Assembly (NCBI GenBank): GCA_963801355.1
Contig: CAWDEM010000004.1
Span: 928,001-992,000, forward strand
Reading direction: 5' to 3'
DNA: 64,000 nucleotides
From: Ignavibacteriota bacterium
GTDB lineage: Bacteria; Bacteroidota; Ignavibacteria; UBA10030; UBA6906
Position 1 is the stretch's first letter; each line of letters begins with the position of its first letter. Shown here piece by piece: positions 10,315-21,730 of the stretch. A program made the position numbers and the translations under genes. The notes below the pieces were generated by a model. The model was not told the DNA's origin. It searched no databases and worked only from the letters and a program-made list of their open reading frames with translations.

Positions 10315-12224
10315 TTATAACTCCTCTGGGAGGGTTTCGCGTATTCGAATTCCAACGGCTCTTTGTGGAGGTCCGGCTTGGCGAGGTCGCCGGTATACGC
10401 CCAGGCAGCAACGTAGCTGAATTTCTTGTCATCGCGCTTGGCTTCGCCTTCTTCGGTCTGATATTCCTCCCGGAAGTGCCCGCCGCAGGATTCGTTGCGA
10501 TGGAGAGCGTCGCGGGCGAGCAACTCGCCGAGTTCCAGGAAATCCGCGATGCGCCCGGCCCGTTCGAGTTCCATATTGAGATCATCCGAAGAGCCGACCA
10601 CGTTGACATCCTGCCAGAATTCCTCACGCAGGGCTGCGATGTCGCTGATCGCCGTCTCCAGTCCTTTCTTGTTCCGGGCCATCCCGACATTGTGCCACAT
10701 GATCGAGCCGAGGGCCTTATGGAAGTCGTCGGGCGTCCGGTGTCCCTTGATGGACATCAACGATGCGATCCGCTCTTCCACTTCCCTGGATACTTCTCTG
10801 CATGGTCCGTCATCGGGTCGCACCTGGGAGAATGCCGCTGTGGCAAGATAGTCGCCGATGGTGTACGGAAGCACGAAATACCCGTCGGCCAACCCCTGCA
10901 TCAGCGCACTTGCACCCAGGCGGTTAGCGCCGTGGTCGGAGAAATTCGCCTCACCGATCACGTACAGACCCGGGATCGTGCTCATGAGATTGTAGTCCAC
11001 CCAGAGGCCGCCCATGGTGTAATGGACCGCAGGATAGATCCTCATGGGGACTCTGTACGGATCTTCGGCCGTAATCTCATGGTACATATCAAACAGGTTG
11101 CCGTACTTCTCTTCGATCCAATGCTTGCCGTTGCGCTGTATGGCATCGGCAAAATCCAGGTAGACCGCGAGTTGTGTCGGGCCGACACCGAATCCTTTGT
11201 CACACATTTCCTTTGCTCTGCGCGAAGCCACATCGCGCGGCACGAGGTTGCCGAATGACGGATAGAGGCGTTCCAGGTAGTAATCGCGTTCTTCTTCCGG
11301 AATATCTCCCGGGCCCCGGGTATCGCCCTTGGTTTTCGGGACCCAGATGCGGCCGTCATTGCGGAGGCTCTCACTCATGAGCGTCAGCTTCGATTGGTAC
11401 GAACCACTCTGCGGGATGCATGTGGGATGGATCTGGGTAAAGCAGGGATTCCCGAAGTACGCGCCCCGCTTGTGCGCACGCCAGATGGCGGTGGCATTGC
11501 AGGCTTTGGCATTTGTCGACAGATAGAACGTGTTGCCATAGCCGCCGGTGGCAAGGACCACGGCGTGGCCGGTGTAGACTTCAAGTGCTCCGCTGACCAT
11601 ATTGCGTGCGACAATACCGCGCGCCTGGCCGTCGACGACGACGAGGTCGAGCATTTCGCGGCGGGGATAGAATTTCACGGTGCCGGCATCCATCTGCCGG
11701 ACAAGTGCGGAATACGCTCCCAGCAACAGCTGCTGCCCGGTCTGTCCCCGCGCATAGAATGTGCGTGACACCTGCGCGCCGCCGAATGACCGGTTGTCGA
11801 GCAATCCGCCGTATTCACGGCCGAACGGAACACCCTGGGCGACACACTGGTCGATGATGCTCCCGCTTACCTCCGCGAGGCGGTAGACGTTTGCTTCGCG
11901 CGCACGGTAGTCCCCGCCCTTCACCGTATCATAGAAAAGACGATATACGCTGTCGCCGTCATTGGTGTAGTTCTTCGGCGCGTTGATGCCTCCCTGGGCG
12001 GCAATGCTGTGCGCCCGGCGCGGGGATTCATGGTAGCAAAGGGCGATCACGTTGTAGCCAAGTTCCGCAAGCGACGCGGCGGCGGAGGCCCCCGCGAGTC
12101 CCGTGCCTACCACCACGATGGTATACTTCCGTTTGTTTGCGGGGTTGATGAGCTTGAGGGAAAAACGATGGTTGTCCCATTTCTTTTCGATGGGGCCGGA
12201 TGGTATTTTTGCGTTCAGTGTCAT
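10311..12224 (-). CDS. sdhA: Succinate dehydrogenase/fumarate reductase flavoprotein
   Basis: [26 protein letters not shown] and HGANRLG motifs. Confidence 0.95.
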   Translation of the reverse strand: MTLNAKIPSGPIEKKWDNHRFSLKLINPANKRKYTIVVVGTGLAGASAAASLAELGYNVIALCYHESPRRAHSIAAQGGINAPKNYTNDGDSVYRLFYDTVKGGDYRAREANVYRLAEVSGSIIDQCVAQGVPFGREYGGLLDNRSFGGAQVSRTFYARGQTGQQLLLGAYSALVRQMDAGTVKFYPRREMLDLVVVDGQARGIVARNMVSGALEVYTGHAVVLATGGYGNTFYLSTNAKACNATAIWRAHKRGAYFGNPCFTQIHPTCIPQSGSYQSKLTLMSESLRNDGRIWVPKTKGDTRGPGDIPEEERDYYLERLYPSFGNLVPRDVASRRAKEMCDKGFGVGPTQLAVYLDFADAIQRNGKHWIEEKYGNLFDMYHEITAEDPYRVPMRIYPAVHYTMGGLWVDYNLMSTIPGLYVIGEANFSDHGANRLGASALMQGLADGYFVLPYTIGDYLATAAFSQVRPDDGPCREVSREVEERIASLMSIKGHRTPDDFHKALGSIMWHNVGMARNKKGLETAISDIAALREEFWQDVNVVGSSDDLNMELERAGRIADFLELGELLARDALHRNESCGGHFREEYQTEEGEAKRDDKKFSYVAAWAYTGDLAKPDLHKEPLEFEYAKPSQRSYK

Positions 12225-12236
12225 GGCGATGGTTCC

Positions 12237-12890
12237 TTACTTGCCCCAGAAGAAGTAGAGTGGCATTGCGGCAAACCCGAGCGGGATGACCAACCAGAAC
12301 AGTGCTGCCACCAGGTCGATCAGGCGCTTGTAATGCTCATGACGCACGCCGAATGTCTGGAACGCCGACTGGAATCCGTGATGCAGGTGATAGCCCAGGA
12401 GGGCAAGTGCAACGAGGTACAGTGCAACGGTCCACGGATTTAGAAATGCCTCCGCGACAATATCATACATGCTCCGCCCGGGAGTGAGGAACCGGGAAAC
12501 GATGAAGAATTCCTGGATGTGAATTACGAGGAAGACGGCGATGATGGGACCCGTCACCCACATGATGCGCGATGAGAAGTCGCTGGTTTCACCGGCCTTG
12601 CGCAGAGCGTACTTCACCGGCCGTGCGCGCCGGTTCATCAGCCAGAGCCAGATGCCGAGAGCGGAATGGAGGAGGAACCCTGCAAACAGGGCGACCTCCA
12701 GGGGACGCAGAAGCGGATACGTTGACATGAACTCCGCATACGCGTCATACTCGCGGCCGTCGTCACGTACGAAGAGAAAGAGGTTGATGTAGAGATGGAC
12801 GACAAGGAAGCTGGCAAGGAAGAGTCCGGACAGCGCCATGATCAGCTTTCTTCCGACCGAGCTTTTGATAAATGATATTGGTCTTCTCAT
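12237..12890 (-). CDS. sdhC: Succinate dehydrogenase cytochrome b subunit
   Basis: SSVGRKLIMALSG, five TM helices with heme His residues, HLHHGFQSAFQT; located upstream of sdhA. Confidence 0.9.
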   Translation of the reverse strand: MRRPISFIKSSVGRKLIMALSGLFLASFLVVHLYINLFLFVRDDGREYDAYAEFMSTYPLLRPLEVALFAGFLLHSALGIWLWLMNRRARPVKYALRKAGETSDFSSRIMWVTGPIIAVFLVIHIQEFFIVSRFLTPGRSMYDIVAEAFLNPWTVALYLVALALLGYHLHHGFQSAFQTFGVRHEHYKRLIDLVAALFWLVIPLGFAAMPLYFFWGK

Positions 12891-13014
12891 AGATGCCGCT
12901 CGCTGCAATTGTGGACACCGGAATTGTGGAGAGGTGAACCAAAATGGGATGCTCTGACCGGTATGAACGCGCGTCGATGCTCAATGGTACAAAAGACCGG
13001 CTACTTGTGCAACC

Positions 13015-13893
13015 CTATCGGCTGTTTCCCGGACGAATGAACCGGAAGGCGGAAATGACACTTCCGACGAAGCCAAGGGCAACCCCTGCCGCAACCACAC
13101 CAGCATAGAACACCATGTCCATTCCGATAAACTCGGCAAGCTCACTGGAGAAGAACCCTACCCCGCGCGTGAGAATGAGGTAGAGGATCCCTGCGGCAAG
13201 TCCCCCGCCCAAAAGTCCCTGCCAGACACCCTCCAGCAAGAACGGGAGACGGATGAATGTCCGGGTCGCGCCCACGAGCTCCATTGTCCGGATCAACTCG
13301 CGCTTTGCATAGATCGCCAGCCGTATCGTGTTGGACACGAGGATGAGAGCCGACAGCCCGACAAGAGCGCTGAGTCCAAGCCCGACATTGTGCACCGTGG
13401 TGGCGCGCTGGTCGATCGTTTCGAGCATGGCCTTGCGGTATATGACGCTGTCTATCTCGCTCATCGACTGGAGTCGCGACTCCACCCCTTGAATGTACTG
13501 GGGCGTTTTGAATCCGTCCTTCATATGTATCTTCAATGAGGGGGGGAAGGGATTGAAATTCAGCACATTGAAAACGTCATCGCCTGTTTCTTCTTTGAAT
13601 ATCTCGGCGGCATCTGCCTTTGACACGTAGACCACACTATCGACCTCCGGGAATGATGCGATGACTTGTCCGAGACTGTCAACCGTAATGATTGAGATTG
13701 GTTCGGACAAGAATGCTTCCACCTCCACCTGGCTCCGCAACTGCACCATGAACCGGTCTACATGAATGGTGATCACTGCAAAAAGACCCAGGAGCAGCAG
13801 AGCGATGCACACCGTGAGAATGGAAATCGTGCTTGAGATCTTTGTCCGCCGAAAACCCGAGAAGCTTTCGCGGAGAGTATAGGAGAGGCTCAT
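13015..13893 (-). CDS. ftsX: Cell division permease-like protein FtsX
   Basis: NTIRLAIYAKRELIRTMELVGAT..FIRLPFLLEG. Confidence 0.92.
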   Translation of the reverse strand: MSLSYTLRESFSGFRRTKISSTISILTVCIALLLLGLFAVITIHVDRFMVQLRSQVEVEAFLSEPISIITVDSLGQVIASFPEVDSVVYVSKADAAEIFKEETGDDVFNVLNFNPFPPSLKIHMKDGFKTPQYIQGVESRLQSMSEIDSVIYRKAMLETIDQRATTVHNVGLGLSALVGLSALILVSNTIRLAIYAKRELIRTMELVGATRTFIRLPFLLEGVWQGLLGGGLAAGILYLILTRGVGFFSSELAEFIGMDMVFYAGVVAAGVALGFVGSVISAFRFIRPGNSR

Positions 13894-13998
13894 AGGGTAC
13901 TCAAAAAGACTCTGAAAGCTTGAAATTCAGGTTAAGGCTGCGTGCTCGGAAGAGAAAGGCTGCACGTGAAACGCTTTCTCTGCGTCCTTCTCTGTGAT

Positions 13999-14559
13999 CT
14001 AGAAATTGCTCTCATCCCGCCACCGGACAATTCTCCACGGATCGTTGATGCGGTTCCGGCGGAACGTGAGATTCGCATATCCGTCGATCCGTTCGATGTC
14101 GCTGGGATTGAACACCAGTGTCAGATTGAATCCCCGGACGATATTCACGCTCGTGGATTCCGCGGTGGTCGTAATAATATTGTTCCAGATGAGGTCGAGT
14201 TTCTGGGCGTTCTGGAACAAACCAAATGTTGTCCGCAATTCATCATCGCGCCCCCACGCCACGTCGATGCCCAGGTCGTAGTTGCGGTACACAAACACAA
14301 ATTCCGGATCAAGAAGTTGTCCGTACACCGTGGTATCGCGGAACGTGTACGCGGCCTGGAAGCACTGGAACATCCCTTCCACCGTCTGCGGGTTGCAGGT
14401 GGATTCGGCCGGAGCATTGTCCCACCCCGGGGCGAAGGGATTGATGCAGCCCGGGAGAACGAGGCACGTGCACAGAAGCAGGGGCAGGCATACGGGCTGC
14501 GCGCCCTCTCCCTGTGCCGCCCTGTTCGTCCTTCGGGTTCTCCCGCCTGGCCTAGTCAC
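13999..14559 (-). CDS. Hypothetical lipoprotein (NTF2/SnoaL-like fold suspected); start uncertain
   Basis: Lipobox LPG-C, C-terminal WRIVRWRD, resemblance to the adjacent lipoprotein. Confidence 0.6.
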   Translation of the reverse strand: MTRPGGRTRRTNRAAQGEGAQPVCLPLLLCTCLVLPGCINPFAPGWDNAPAESTCNPQTVEGMFQCFQAAYTFRDTTVYGQLLDPEFVFVYRNYDLGIDVAWGRDDELRTTFGLFQNAQKLDLIWNNIITTTAESTSVNIVRGFNLTLVFNPSDIERIDGYANLTFRRNRINDPWRIVRWRDESNF

Positions 14560-15151
14560 TGAACCTGCCCTTGAAATGACTCCACGAAATATCATTCGTG
14601 GTCTTGAAATCCACCCACCGCTGAATCATCCAGTAATTGCTCTGACTCGGGCGCAGCGTGAACTGCAACGTGCCCCGGGCTTTCTTCGGAAAGCCCTCAT
14701 CACTATGTTCGAACACAAACGTGTAGTCATAGCCGTACACCACGGAGTCGGCAGAGACCGTGGATCCCGTTGCGGTGAGAGTAAGGCTCGAGTAGGCCTG
14801 CGCCGAGCTGCGGGCAATGAGGTTCTCAAAATAGGTCTGTTCGTCGCCGAGCGTCCATGACTCCAGAGCCCCGGTATACAACCCTGCGGCTTCGGGAGAA
14901 GGAGTGAAGATGAAGGGCGCATTTCCTTTCATCGGGTCGGCAAAACAGCTGATGTAGTTGGCGGCGTTCTTCTGCTCGATTGCGCTCTGCAGGTTGGCAA
15001 TGACAACAGACGGCTCCGTGGGCGGCTTGAAATTGAGACTGGATTGGGACGGTTCCTCGGGATCGCGCGGTTCAAAAAGTCCGCATCCCGTAAATAACGC
15101 ACAAAACAGAAGGCTGAACAGGCCGAGATATGCCGGGAAACGGGGAATCAC
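14552..15151 (-). CDS. Hypothetical lipoprotein
   Basis: Lipobox [12 protein letters not shown]; overlaps the recR stop. Confidence 0.7.
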   Translation of the reverse strand: MIPRFPAYLGLFSLLFCALFTGCGLFEPRDPEEPSQSSLNFKPPTEPSVVIANLQSAIEQKNAANYISCFADPMKGNAPFIFTPSPEAAGLYTGALESWTLGDEQTYFENLIARSSAQAYSSLTLTATGSTVSADSVVYGYDYTFVFEHSDEGFPKKARGTLQFTLRPSQSNYWMIQRWVDFKTTNDISWSHFKGRFSD

Positions 15152-15744
15152 AGTGTGATCCTTCCCTCCAGTGCCCTCGACAGCGTGGCTTCGTCCGCAA
15201 ATTCCAGGTTCCCGCCGACAGGGATGCCCCGGGCCAGCCGTGTGACCTTCACTCCCAGCGGTTTCAGCAGTTTCGCGAGATAGATCGTCGTGGCTTCTCC
15301 CTCGACCGTCGGATTGAGCGCCAGGATGACCTCGGTGACCTCGCCGGGGAAGCGCCGGAGCAGTTCCCTTACCTTCAGGTCATCCGGCCCGATGCCGTCG
15401 AGCGGAGAGAGCGCACCGCCGAGCACATGATACAGCCCGCGGAACTCATTGGTTTTCTCCAGAGCCATGACATCGCTCGGTTCCTCGACGACGCACACCG
15501 TCGTGCGCTCTCGTTTCGTGCTCGTGCAGATGGCACACGGGTCAGACTCGGTGATGTTGCAGCAGACGGAGCAGGAAGTGATGCGGTCTTTGACGTCCAC
15601 CAGTGCGCGGGCCATTTTCACGACATCCTCCCGCGGACGCTTCAGCACGAACAGGGCAAGGCGGAGCGCGGTCTTCCGCCCGATGCCCGGGAGTTGCGCA
15701 AATTCCTCGATCAGCTGCTGCAAAGCCTCAGATGTGTAGAGCAC
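15148..15744 (-). CDS. recR: Recombination mediator RecR
   Basis: LPGIGRKTA HhH, C4 zinc finger, TOPRIM motif [13 protein letters not shown]. Confidence 0.96.
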   Translation of the reverse strand: MLYTSEALQQLIEEFAQLPGIGRKTALRLALFVLKRPREDVVKMARALVDVKDRITSCSVCCNITESDPCAICTSTKRERTTVCVVEEPSDVMALEKTNEFRGLYHVLGGALSPLDGIGPDDLKVRELLRRFPGEVTEVILALNPTVEGEATTIYLAKLLKPLGVKVTRLARGIPVGGNLEFADEATLSRALEGRITL

Positions 15745-15745
15745 C

Positions 15746-16084
15746 TTACAGCCCCGGCAGGTTCAGTCCCGGGATGTTCGGCAAGAGACCGCTCGTTGCT
15801 TTCGACATCTCGTCCTGGGCAAGTTTCTGGGATTCTTCGATGGCTTTGTTGGCCGCGGCGAGAATGAGGTCTTCGAGCATCTCGCGATCGTCGGGATTGA
15901 TGACTTCCTTCTCAATCGCCAGCGCGGTGAGACGCTGTTTCCCGTTTGCGGTTACCTTCACCATGCCGCCTCCGGCGTCGCCAACCACGGTCTTGTGCTC
16001 GAGCTCTTCATTGACCTGCGCCATGCGCTCCTGCATCTTTTGCACCTGTTTCATCATCCCGGACATGTTGGGCATTGCCGCCAT
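15746..16084 (-). CDS. ybaB: YbaB/EbfC nucleoid-associated protein
   Basis: [13 protein letters not shown] and [15 protein letters not shown]; adjacent to recR. Confidence 0.93.
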   Translation of the reverse strand: MAAMPNMSGMMKQVQKMQERMAQVNEELEHKTVVGDAGGGMVKVTANGKQRLTALAIEKEVINPDDREMLEDLILAAANKAIEESQKLAQDEMSKATSGLLPNIPGLNLPGL

Positions 16085-16123
16085 AGGGGTCCTCGGTGTG
16101 AAAAAGAGAGACAATTGCCAAAA

Positions 16124-16183
16124 AATATACCTGAAAGGGCAGGGAAAGTCAAATTTGACTTTCCAGGCGAAAACCGTTACCTT
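16124..16183. promoter_or_regulatory. Back-to-back sigma70-type promoters for ybaB-recR and uppS-bamA
   Basis: Palindrome AAAGTCAAATTTGACTTT gives TTGACT-17-TATATT on the minus strand and TTGACT-17-TACCTT on the plus strand. Confidence 0.6.
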
Positions 16184-16247
16184 TTTCTTCCAGCCGTCTG
16201 CAATTCTCGGGCGGGACACGTCTATCTTTGATGGGAGAGTGTATTAG

Positions 16248-17084
16248 TTGACCAGGGGTCCGCAGGAAGCGTCGGGCGAAGACAAGCCAAAGCAGGAACA
16301 GCTTCGTTCTTCAGGGGAGATTCCCCGACATATTGCCATCATCATGGACGGAAACGGCCGATGGGCGAAACAGCGAGGGCTGCCGCGCATTGCGGGCCAT
16401 CGTGAGGGCGTCGAGTCCGTTCGAGATATCGTCGAGGCCTGCGGTCAGCTGGGCGTCGGCTATCTCACCCTGTACACGTTTTCGACGGAAAACTGGAAGC
16501 GTCCCCAGGAAGAAGTATCAATGTTGATGCGGCTTCTGCTCACCGCCCTTCGCGACGAGACAGACCGCCTCCACACCAACAATGTCCGCGTCCGCACCAT
16601 CGGTGACGTGCGCGCACTCCCGCGCGAAATCCAGGCACAACTTCACGATGCCGGAGCAAAGACCGCCGAGAACACCGGACTCACCTTAATGCTCGCACTG
16701 AGCTATAGCGGACGATGGGAACTGACCGAAGCAGTGAAGGCCATTGCCCGCAAGGTCGCCGACGGGCAGCTCCGGCCGGATGAGATCGGTGAAGCAACCG
16801 TGGCAGGGCAGCTGCAAACAGCCGGGGCGCCTGATCCGGATCTTCTCGTGCGCACGAGCGGGGAACTGCGGCTGAGCAATTTTCTGCTCTGGCAATTGGC
16901 CTACACTGAATTGTACATAACGCCGAAATACTGGCCTGCGTTCCGGCGTCTGGAACTGTATGAAGCAATAGCCGCCTATCAGAGGCGCGAACGCCGGTTC
17001 GGCATGGTGAGCGAACAGGTGCAACAGCCCGAGACGAAAAAGGGGAGCCTCGGTCGAATTCTCAAGAGTGCGGTAGGACCCTGA
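16248..17084 (+). CDS. uppS: Undecaprenyl diphosphate synthase
   Basis: HIAIIMDGNGRWA, FSTENWKRP, RTSGELRLSNFLLWQ. Confidence 0.96.
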   Translation: MTRGPQEASGEDKPKQEQLRSSGEIPRHIAIIMDGNGRWAKQRGLPRIAGHREGVESVRDIVEACGQLGVGYLTLYTFSTENWKRPQEEVSMLMRLLLTALRDETDRLHTNNVRVRTIGDVRALPREIQAQLHDAGAKTAENTGLTLMLALSYSGRWELTEAVKAIARKVADGQLRPDEIGEATVAGQLQTAGAPDPDLLVRTSGELRLSNFLLWQLAYTELYITPKYWPAFRRLELYEAIAAYQRRERRFGMVSEQVQQPETKKGSLGRILKSAVGP

Positions 17085-17089
17085 TCATT

Positions 17090-19462
17090 ATGAAGAAGCA
17101 AGCTTCTGTGCTGGTGGCCATCGGCGTGCTGTTGTCTGTCCCGTTCCATCTCCAAGCGCAAAACCAACCTCCCCAGGAAGTCTACAAGATCCTCGGCATC
17201 ACCGTCGAAGGGAACAGCCTTGCTGATCCGGCGGCGATTATCGCCAATTCGGGCCTGAAGGTCGAAAATGAAATTGCCGTACCCGGCGATCAGGTGGGCA
17301 ATGCCGTGAAGAAACTCTGGTCTCTCCGCCTGTTTGAAGACGTGCAGGTGTCCATCGACCGGAAGATGGGCAATGGCGTCTTTCTGCTTATCAAGGTGAA
17401 AGAATACCCGCGCTTCGAAACCATGGAGATCACAGGTAACGACGAGCTGAGCACTGACGACATCAAGAAAGTCATGCCCCTGGTCCGCGGCCAGGTCCTT
17501 GCCCCTGCCGATCTTAAGAAAATGGAGCGGGACATCAAGAAACTCTACGATAAGGATGGGTATCTCCTGGCAAAGGTAGACATCACGACCGTTCCTGCCG
17601 ACACCGGCGACCGGCGCAGGAATGTGGAAGTGCGTATCGATGAGGGCAACAAGGTCACCATCCGGAGCATTACCTTCGACGGCGATACGGCGTTCGATGA
17701 CGGCGATCTCCGGGGCGCAATGGACGAGACTTCCGAAAGCGCCTGGTGGAAATTCTGGTCATCGGCGAAATTCGACGCGAAGAAGTACGAAGAGGACAAA
17801 GGCAAGATCATCCAGTTCTACCGGAAACACGGGTATCGCGATGCACAGATCCTTTCCGACTCCATCTGGTACAGCCAGGACAAGGAGGATATGTTCATCC
17901 ACATACGCGTCAACGAGGGTGCGCAGTACAAGATCCGCCACATCACATGGCAGGGGAACACGGTGTACCCCGACGCCATCCTGAACGACCGCCTGAATAT
18001 ACTCCCCGGGGAAGTGTATAACGCCGAGAAGTTCGAACAAAACCTCCGCGGCAATGAAGACCAGTCCGATGTCGCATCACTCTACCTGGACAACGGATAC
18101 CTCCGGTTCAACCTCGAACCCAAAGAGACCCGGGTCGGGACCGACAGTATCGATATCCAGATCAGCGTGTACGAGATGAACCAGTTCAAGCTGGCGCACG
18201 TGAACATCAAAGGCAACACGAAAACGCAGGAAAAGGTCATCCGGCGTGAACTCTATACCCGTCCCGGCGACTATTTCAGCCGCGCTGCGATTGTGCGCAG
18301 CATCCGCCAGCTTTCGCAGCTCAATTATTTCAATCCGGAAAAGATCAAGCCGGACTACGTCCTTGCGGACGAGAAGACGGTGGATCTCACGTACGAAGTG
18401 GAAGAGAAATCCAGCGACAATATCAACGCGTCGGTCGGCTACAGCGGGGCGTTCGGTGTCACGGGTGCTCTGGGCTTCACGATCAACAACTTCTCCATCA
18501 GCGAGCCGCTCTCGGGCGGAGCGGGTCAGATTCTGAATTTCGAATGGATGTTCGGCGAAGGATCGCGCTACCGCACATTCACACTCGGATTCACCGAACC
18601 GTGGTTGTTCGATACGGCAACCTTGCTGGGGGTGACGTTGTTTGACACCCGGCAGATCTACACGTTTGATTATGAGCGGACCGGCGGGTCAGTCCGTGTC
18701 GGCCGACGTTTCCGGTGGCCCGACGACTACTTCCGCGGCGACTGGATCATCGACGGCCAGGTCAACGAAGTGCGCGACGGTGCAGGCATCTACCGCGAAG
18801 GGCGGTCCACACAGGTGAGTCTGACACAGGTGATTTCCCGCAACAGCATTGACAACCCGATCTTTCCAACCACCGGGTCCAATGTCTCGCTCTCGATTCA
18901 AATGTCCGGGGGCCCCTTGCTCCCCGGCAACCTCGATTTTCACAAGTGGCTCCTGAGCGGCGAGTGGTACCTTCCGCTGTTCAATTCCAGCAAGCTGGCG
19001 CTCTACCTGAGCTCCTCGTACGGGTACATTGCACAGTTCTACAAGGATTCCTGGATCCAGCCCGTGGACTTGTTCTTCATGGGTGGTACCGGTCTGGGCT
19101 ATATTTCCACCACGCCACTCCGCGGGTACGAAGATCAATCGGTCGGTCCACGCAACGCGAACGGTGAAATTGTGGGGGGGCGGGCAATGGCGAAGCAGAC
19201 ACTCGAGCTTCGCTTTGCCGTCTCCATCAATCCGATACCCATCTATGTCCTCGCCTTCGCCGAGGGCGGCAATGTCTTTGAATCGTTCTCCCGTGCAGAC
19301 TTTTTTGATCTGAAGCGATCCGTCGGTCTTGGTGCCCGGATCCAGATCAATCCCATCGGGATGATCGGGTTTGATTACGGCTACGGGTTTGACGACGTGT
19401 ATCCGCGCGACGGCAAAGCGGACGGCTGGAAATTCCACTTTGTCTTCGGGCGCGGGTTCTGA
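17090..19462 (+). CDS. bamA: Outer membrane protein assembly factor BamA
   Basis: Signal peptide, POTRA repeats (GNTKTQEKVIRREL), LRGY motif, terminal Phe. Confidence 0.95.
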   Translation: MKKQASVLVAIGVLLSVPFHLQAQNQPPQEVYKILGITVEGNSLADPAAIIANSGLKVENEIAVPGDQVGNAVKKLWSLRLFEDVQVSIDRKMGNGVFLLIKVKEYPRFETMEITGNDELSTDDIKKVMPLVRGQVLAPADLKKMERDIKKLYDKDGYLLAKVDITTVPADTGDRRRNVEVRIDEGNKVTIRSITFDGDTAFDDGDLRGAMDETSESAWWKFWSSAKFDAKKYEEDKGKIIQFYRKHGYRDAQILSDSIWYSQDKEDMFIHIRVNEGAQYKIRHITWQGNTVYPDAILNDRLNILPGEVYNAEKFEQNLRGNEDQSDVASLYLDNGYLRFNLEPKETRVGTDSIDIQISVYEMNQFKLAHVNIKGNTKTQEKVIRRELYTRPGDYFSRAAIVRSIRQLSQLNYFNPEKIKPDYVLADEKTVDLTYEVEEKSSDNINASVGYSGAFGVTGALGFTINNFSISEPLSGGAGQILNFEWMFGEGSRYRTFTLGFTEPWLFDTATLLGVTLFDTRQIYTFDYERTGGSVRVGRRFRWPDDYFRGDWIIDGQVNEVRDGAGIYREGRSTQVSLTQVISRNSIDNPIFPTTGSNVSLSIQMSGGPLLPGNLDFHKWLLSGEWYLPLFNSSKLALYLSSSYGYIAQFYKDSWIQPVDLFFMGGTGLGYISTTPLRGYEDQSVGPRNANGEIVGGRAMAKQTLELRFAVSINPIPIYVLAFAEGGNVFESFSRADFFDLKRSVGLGARIQINPIGMIGFDYGYGFDDVYPRDGKADGWKFHFVFGRGF

Positions 19463-19505
19463 TGTCCTGCTCAATTCACACCATCATACAAAGAACGAGG
19501 TAGAC

Positions 19506-20030
19506 GTGAAGAAATACGTTTTTGCCCTTCTCGCAGTCGCGATGTGCATTACCGGCGCACGTGCACAGTCCCAGAAAATCGGCTATGTCAATTCCGCCAA
19601 GATATTCCAGGAGCTCCCGGCGGCCCAGGAAGCGCAGCGCAAGATCGACGCACTCGGCAAGCCGATCCAGGACTCTCTCGAGGCCATGCAGAGGGAGTTG
19701 CAGGCGCGCTACGATGAATATCAGAAGAAGGAAGCGCTGATGACCGAGACCGCCAAGAAGACGGAGCAGCAGAAACTGGTCGAGTTCCAGCGCAAGGCCG
19801 AAGAATACCGCGTGGCGAAACTCGGCAACGACGGCGAGCTTGCCCGCGAAACGGAAAAACTGCTCACCCCGTTGCGCGAGCGGATCAAGAACGCCATCGC
19901 CGCCGTCGCAAAAGAAGAAAAGTACAGCTTTGTCTTCGACAAGACCGAAACCATCCAGATTCTCCTCTACGGCGATCCGGCACATGACGTCACCTTCAAG
20001 GTCATCGACCGTCTGAAGCGGGGGCGGTAA
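19506..20030 (+). CDS. skp: OmpH/Skp periplasmic chaperone
   Basis: GTG start after GAGG, KIGYVNS, coiled coil, YSFVFDK. Confidence 0.9.
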   Translation: MKKYVFALLAVAMCITGARAQSQKIGYVNSAKIFQELPAAQEAQRKIDALGKPIQDSLEAMQRELQARYDEYQKKEALMTETAKKTEQQKLVEFQRKAEEYRVAKLGNDGELARETEKLLTPLRERIKNAIAAVAKEEKYSFVFDKTETIQILLYGDPAHDVTFKVIDRLKRGR

Positions 20031-20059
20031 TCCCGCTCACCGGCGCAACCTATCGGAGA

Positions 20060-20584
20060 ATGCGTATGAAATCCACAGTCGTTATCCTGCTGCTTGTGTG
20101 CGTCACGGCGTTCGGGATCGGACAGACCAAGATCGCCCACATCAACTCCGAATCCATCATGCAAACGCTGCCGGAGGCCATCGACGCACAGAAATCTCTC
20201 GACGCCCTCGTGGCTCAATGGGAGACGGAATTGCAGAAGATGCAGGCGGAGTGGAAGAAGAAATTCGATGACTACGACAAGAAGAAGCTGATTCTGACGG
20301 AACAGGTGCGCGGCGATCAGGAAAAGGAACTCCGCGACATGGATGCGGCAGTGTCGGACTTCCGGAACAAGAAGTTTGGCCCGAGCGGTGAGCTGTTCCA
20401 GAAACAAAACGAAGTCATGAAGCCGATCCAGAACAAGATCTTCAAGGTTCTGGACGAAATCGCCAAGGAAGATGGTTTCGACTACATCTTCGACAAGAGC
20501 GGGGAGATCCTCTTGCTGTATTCGAACGACAAACTGGATCTGACCCAGCGGGTGATCTCGCGTATGCAATCGTTCGGCAAGTAA
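20060..20584 (+). CDS. skp: OmpH/Skp periplasmic chaperone (second copy)
   Basis: [25 protein letters not shown]. Confidence 0.9.
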   Translation: MRMKSTVVILLLVCVTAFGIGQTKIAHINSESIMQTLPEAIDAQKSLDALVAQWETELQKMQAEWKKKFDDYDKKKLILTEQVRGDQEKELRDMDAAVSDFRNKKFGPSGELFQKQNEVMKPIQNKIFKVLDEIAKEDGFDYIFDKSGEILLLYSNDKLDLTQRVISRMQSFGK

Positions 20585-20597
20585 GCGGACGCCGGGC

Positions 20598-21674
20598 ATG
20601 ACACTCCGGGAGATCGCCCAATTCCTCGATGCGACGCTCGAGGGGAACCCCGACCAGGAGATCCTCCGTGTGGCGAAAATCGAAGAGGCGGGCGCGGGAG
20701 CAATCACGTTCCTCGCCAACCCGAAGTACGCGCGCCATCTTGCCACAACGCATGCATCCGCGGCAATTGTCGGTCGTGCCGTCACGGTGGAAGGCAGGCC
20801 GCCCGAGCTGCCGCCCCTGACGCTTGTGCGCGTGGCCGATCCCTACGTCGGGTTCGTCCGGATTCTGGCGAAGCTCCACCCGCCTCCGCCGCCGCTCCCC
20901 CCCGGCATTCATCCGACGGCTGTCGTGGATTCCAGCGCCACGCTCGGCGCCGATGTGCGCATCGGAGCACACGCGGTGATCGGGGCACGGTGTCAGCTCG
21001 GTGCACGCACAATGATCGGCCCCTGTGCCACCGTGGGTGATGATGTGCGCATCGGAGACGATTCCATCCTGTACGCCAACGTCAGCATCCGCGAAGGATG
21101 CTGCATCGGTGCGCGATGCATCCTCCAGCCGGGCGCGGTCATCGGCAGCGACGGTTTCGGCTTTGCGCCGAAACCGGACGGTTCGTACGAGAAGATTCCA
21201 CAGATGGGCGTCGTCGTGATCGAAGACGATGTCGAAATCGGAGCCAACACGACGGTGGATCGCGCCACGCTGGGCGAAACCCGCATCAAAAAGGGCGCGA
21301 AGCTGGATAATCTGATCCAGGTCGCGCACAATGTCGTGATCGGCCAGAACACCGTGATGGCTGCACAGAGCGGCATCTCCGGCAGCACGCGGATCGGCAA
21401 CAATGTCATGGTGGCCGGGCAGGTGGGATTCACCGGCCACATCGAGGTGGCCGACGGCGTCAAGATCGGAGCGCAATCCGGTGTTCACCGTTCGTTGACG
21501 ACGGCCAACGCGACGTATTTCGGGACCCCGGCGTACCCCCATCGTGAAGCAATGCGCATCTACGGGTCCTTTCCCCAGCTGCCGGATCTCCTCGCGACGG
21601 TGCGGGACCTCGTCAAGCGTTTGGGCTCTCACACCCCTCCGGAGGGAGAGAGCCGGTCCGGACCTCAACAGTAA
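20598..21674 (+). CDS. lpxD: UDP-3-O-acyl-glucosamine N-acyltransferase
   Basis: FLANPKY, hexapeptide repeats, [19 protein letters not shown]. Confidence 0.96.
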   Translation: MTLREIAQFLDATLEGNPDQEILRVAKIEEAGAGAITFLANPKYARHLATTHASAAIVGRAVTVEGRPPELPPLTLVRVADPYVGFVRILAKLHPPPPPLPPGIHPTAVVDSSATLGADVRIGAHAVIGARCQLGARTMIGPCATVGDDVRIGDDSILYANVSIREGCCIGARCILQPGAVIGSDGFGFAPKPDGSYEKIPQMGVVVIEDDVEIGANTTVDRATLGETRIKKGAKLDNLIQVAHNVVIGQNTVMAAQSGISGSTRIGNNVMVAGQVGFTGHIEVADGVKIGAQSGVHRSLTTANATYFGTPAYPHREAMRIYGSFPQLPDLLATVRDLVKRLGSHTPPEGESRSGPQQ

Positions 21675-21730
21675 GCTGAACCGCAATCTCCTGAAGAGCG
21701 CAACCTCAACCCTAAACTCTCACACACCCC

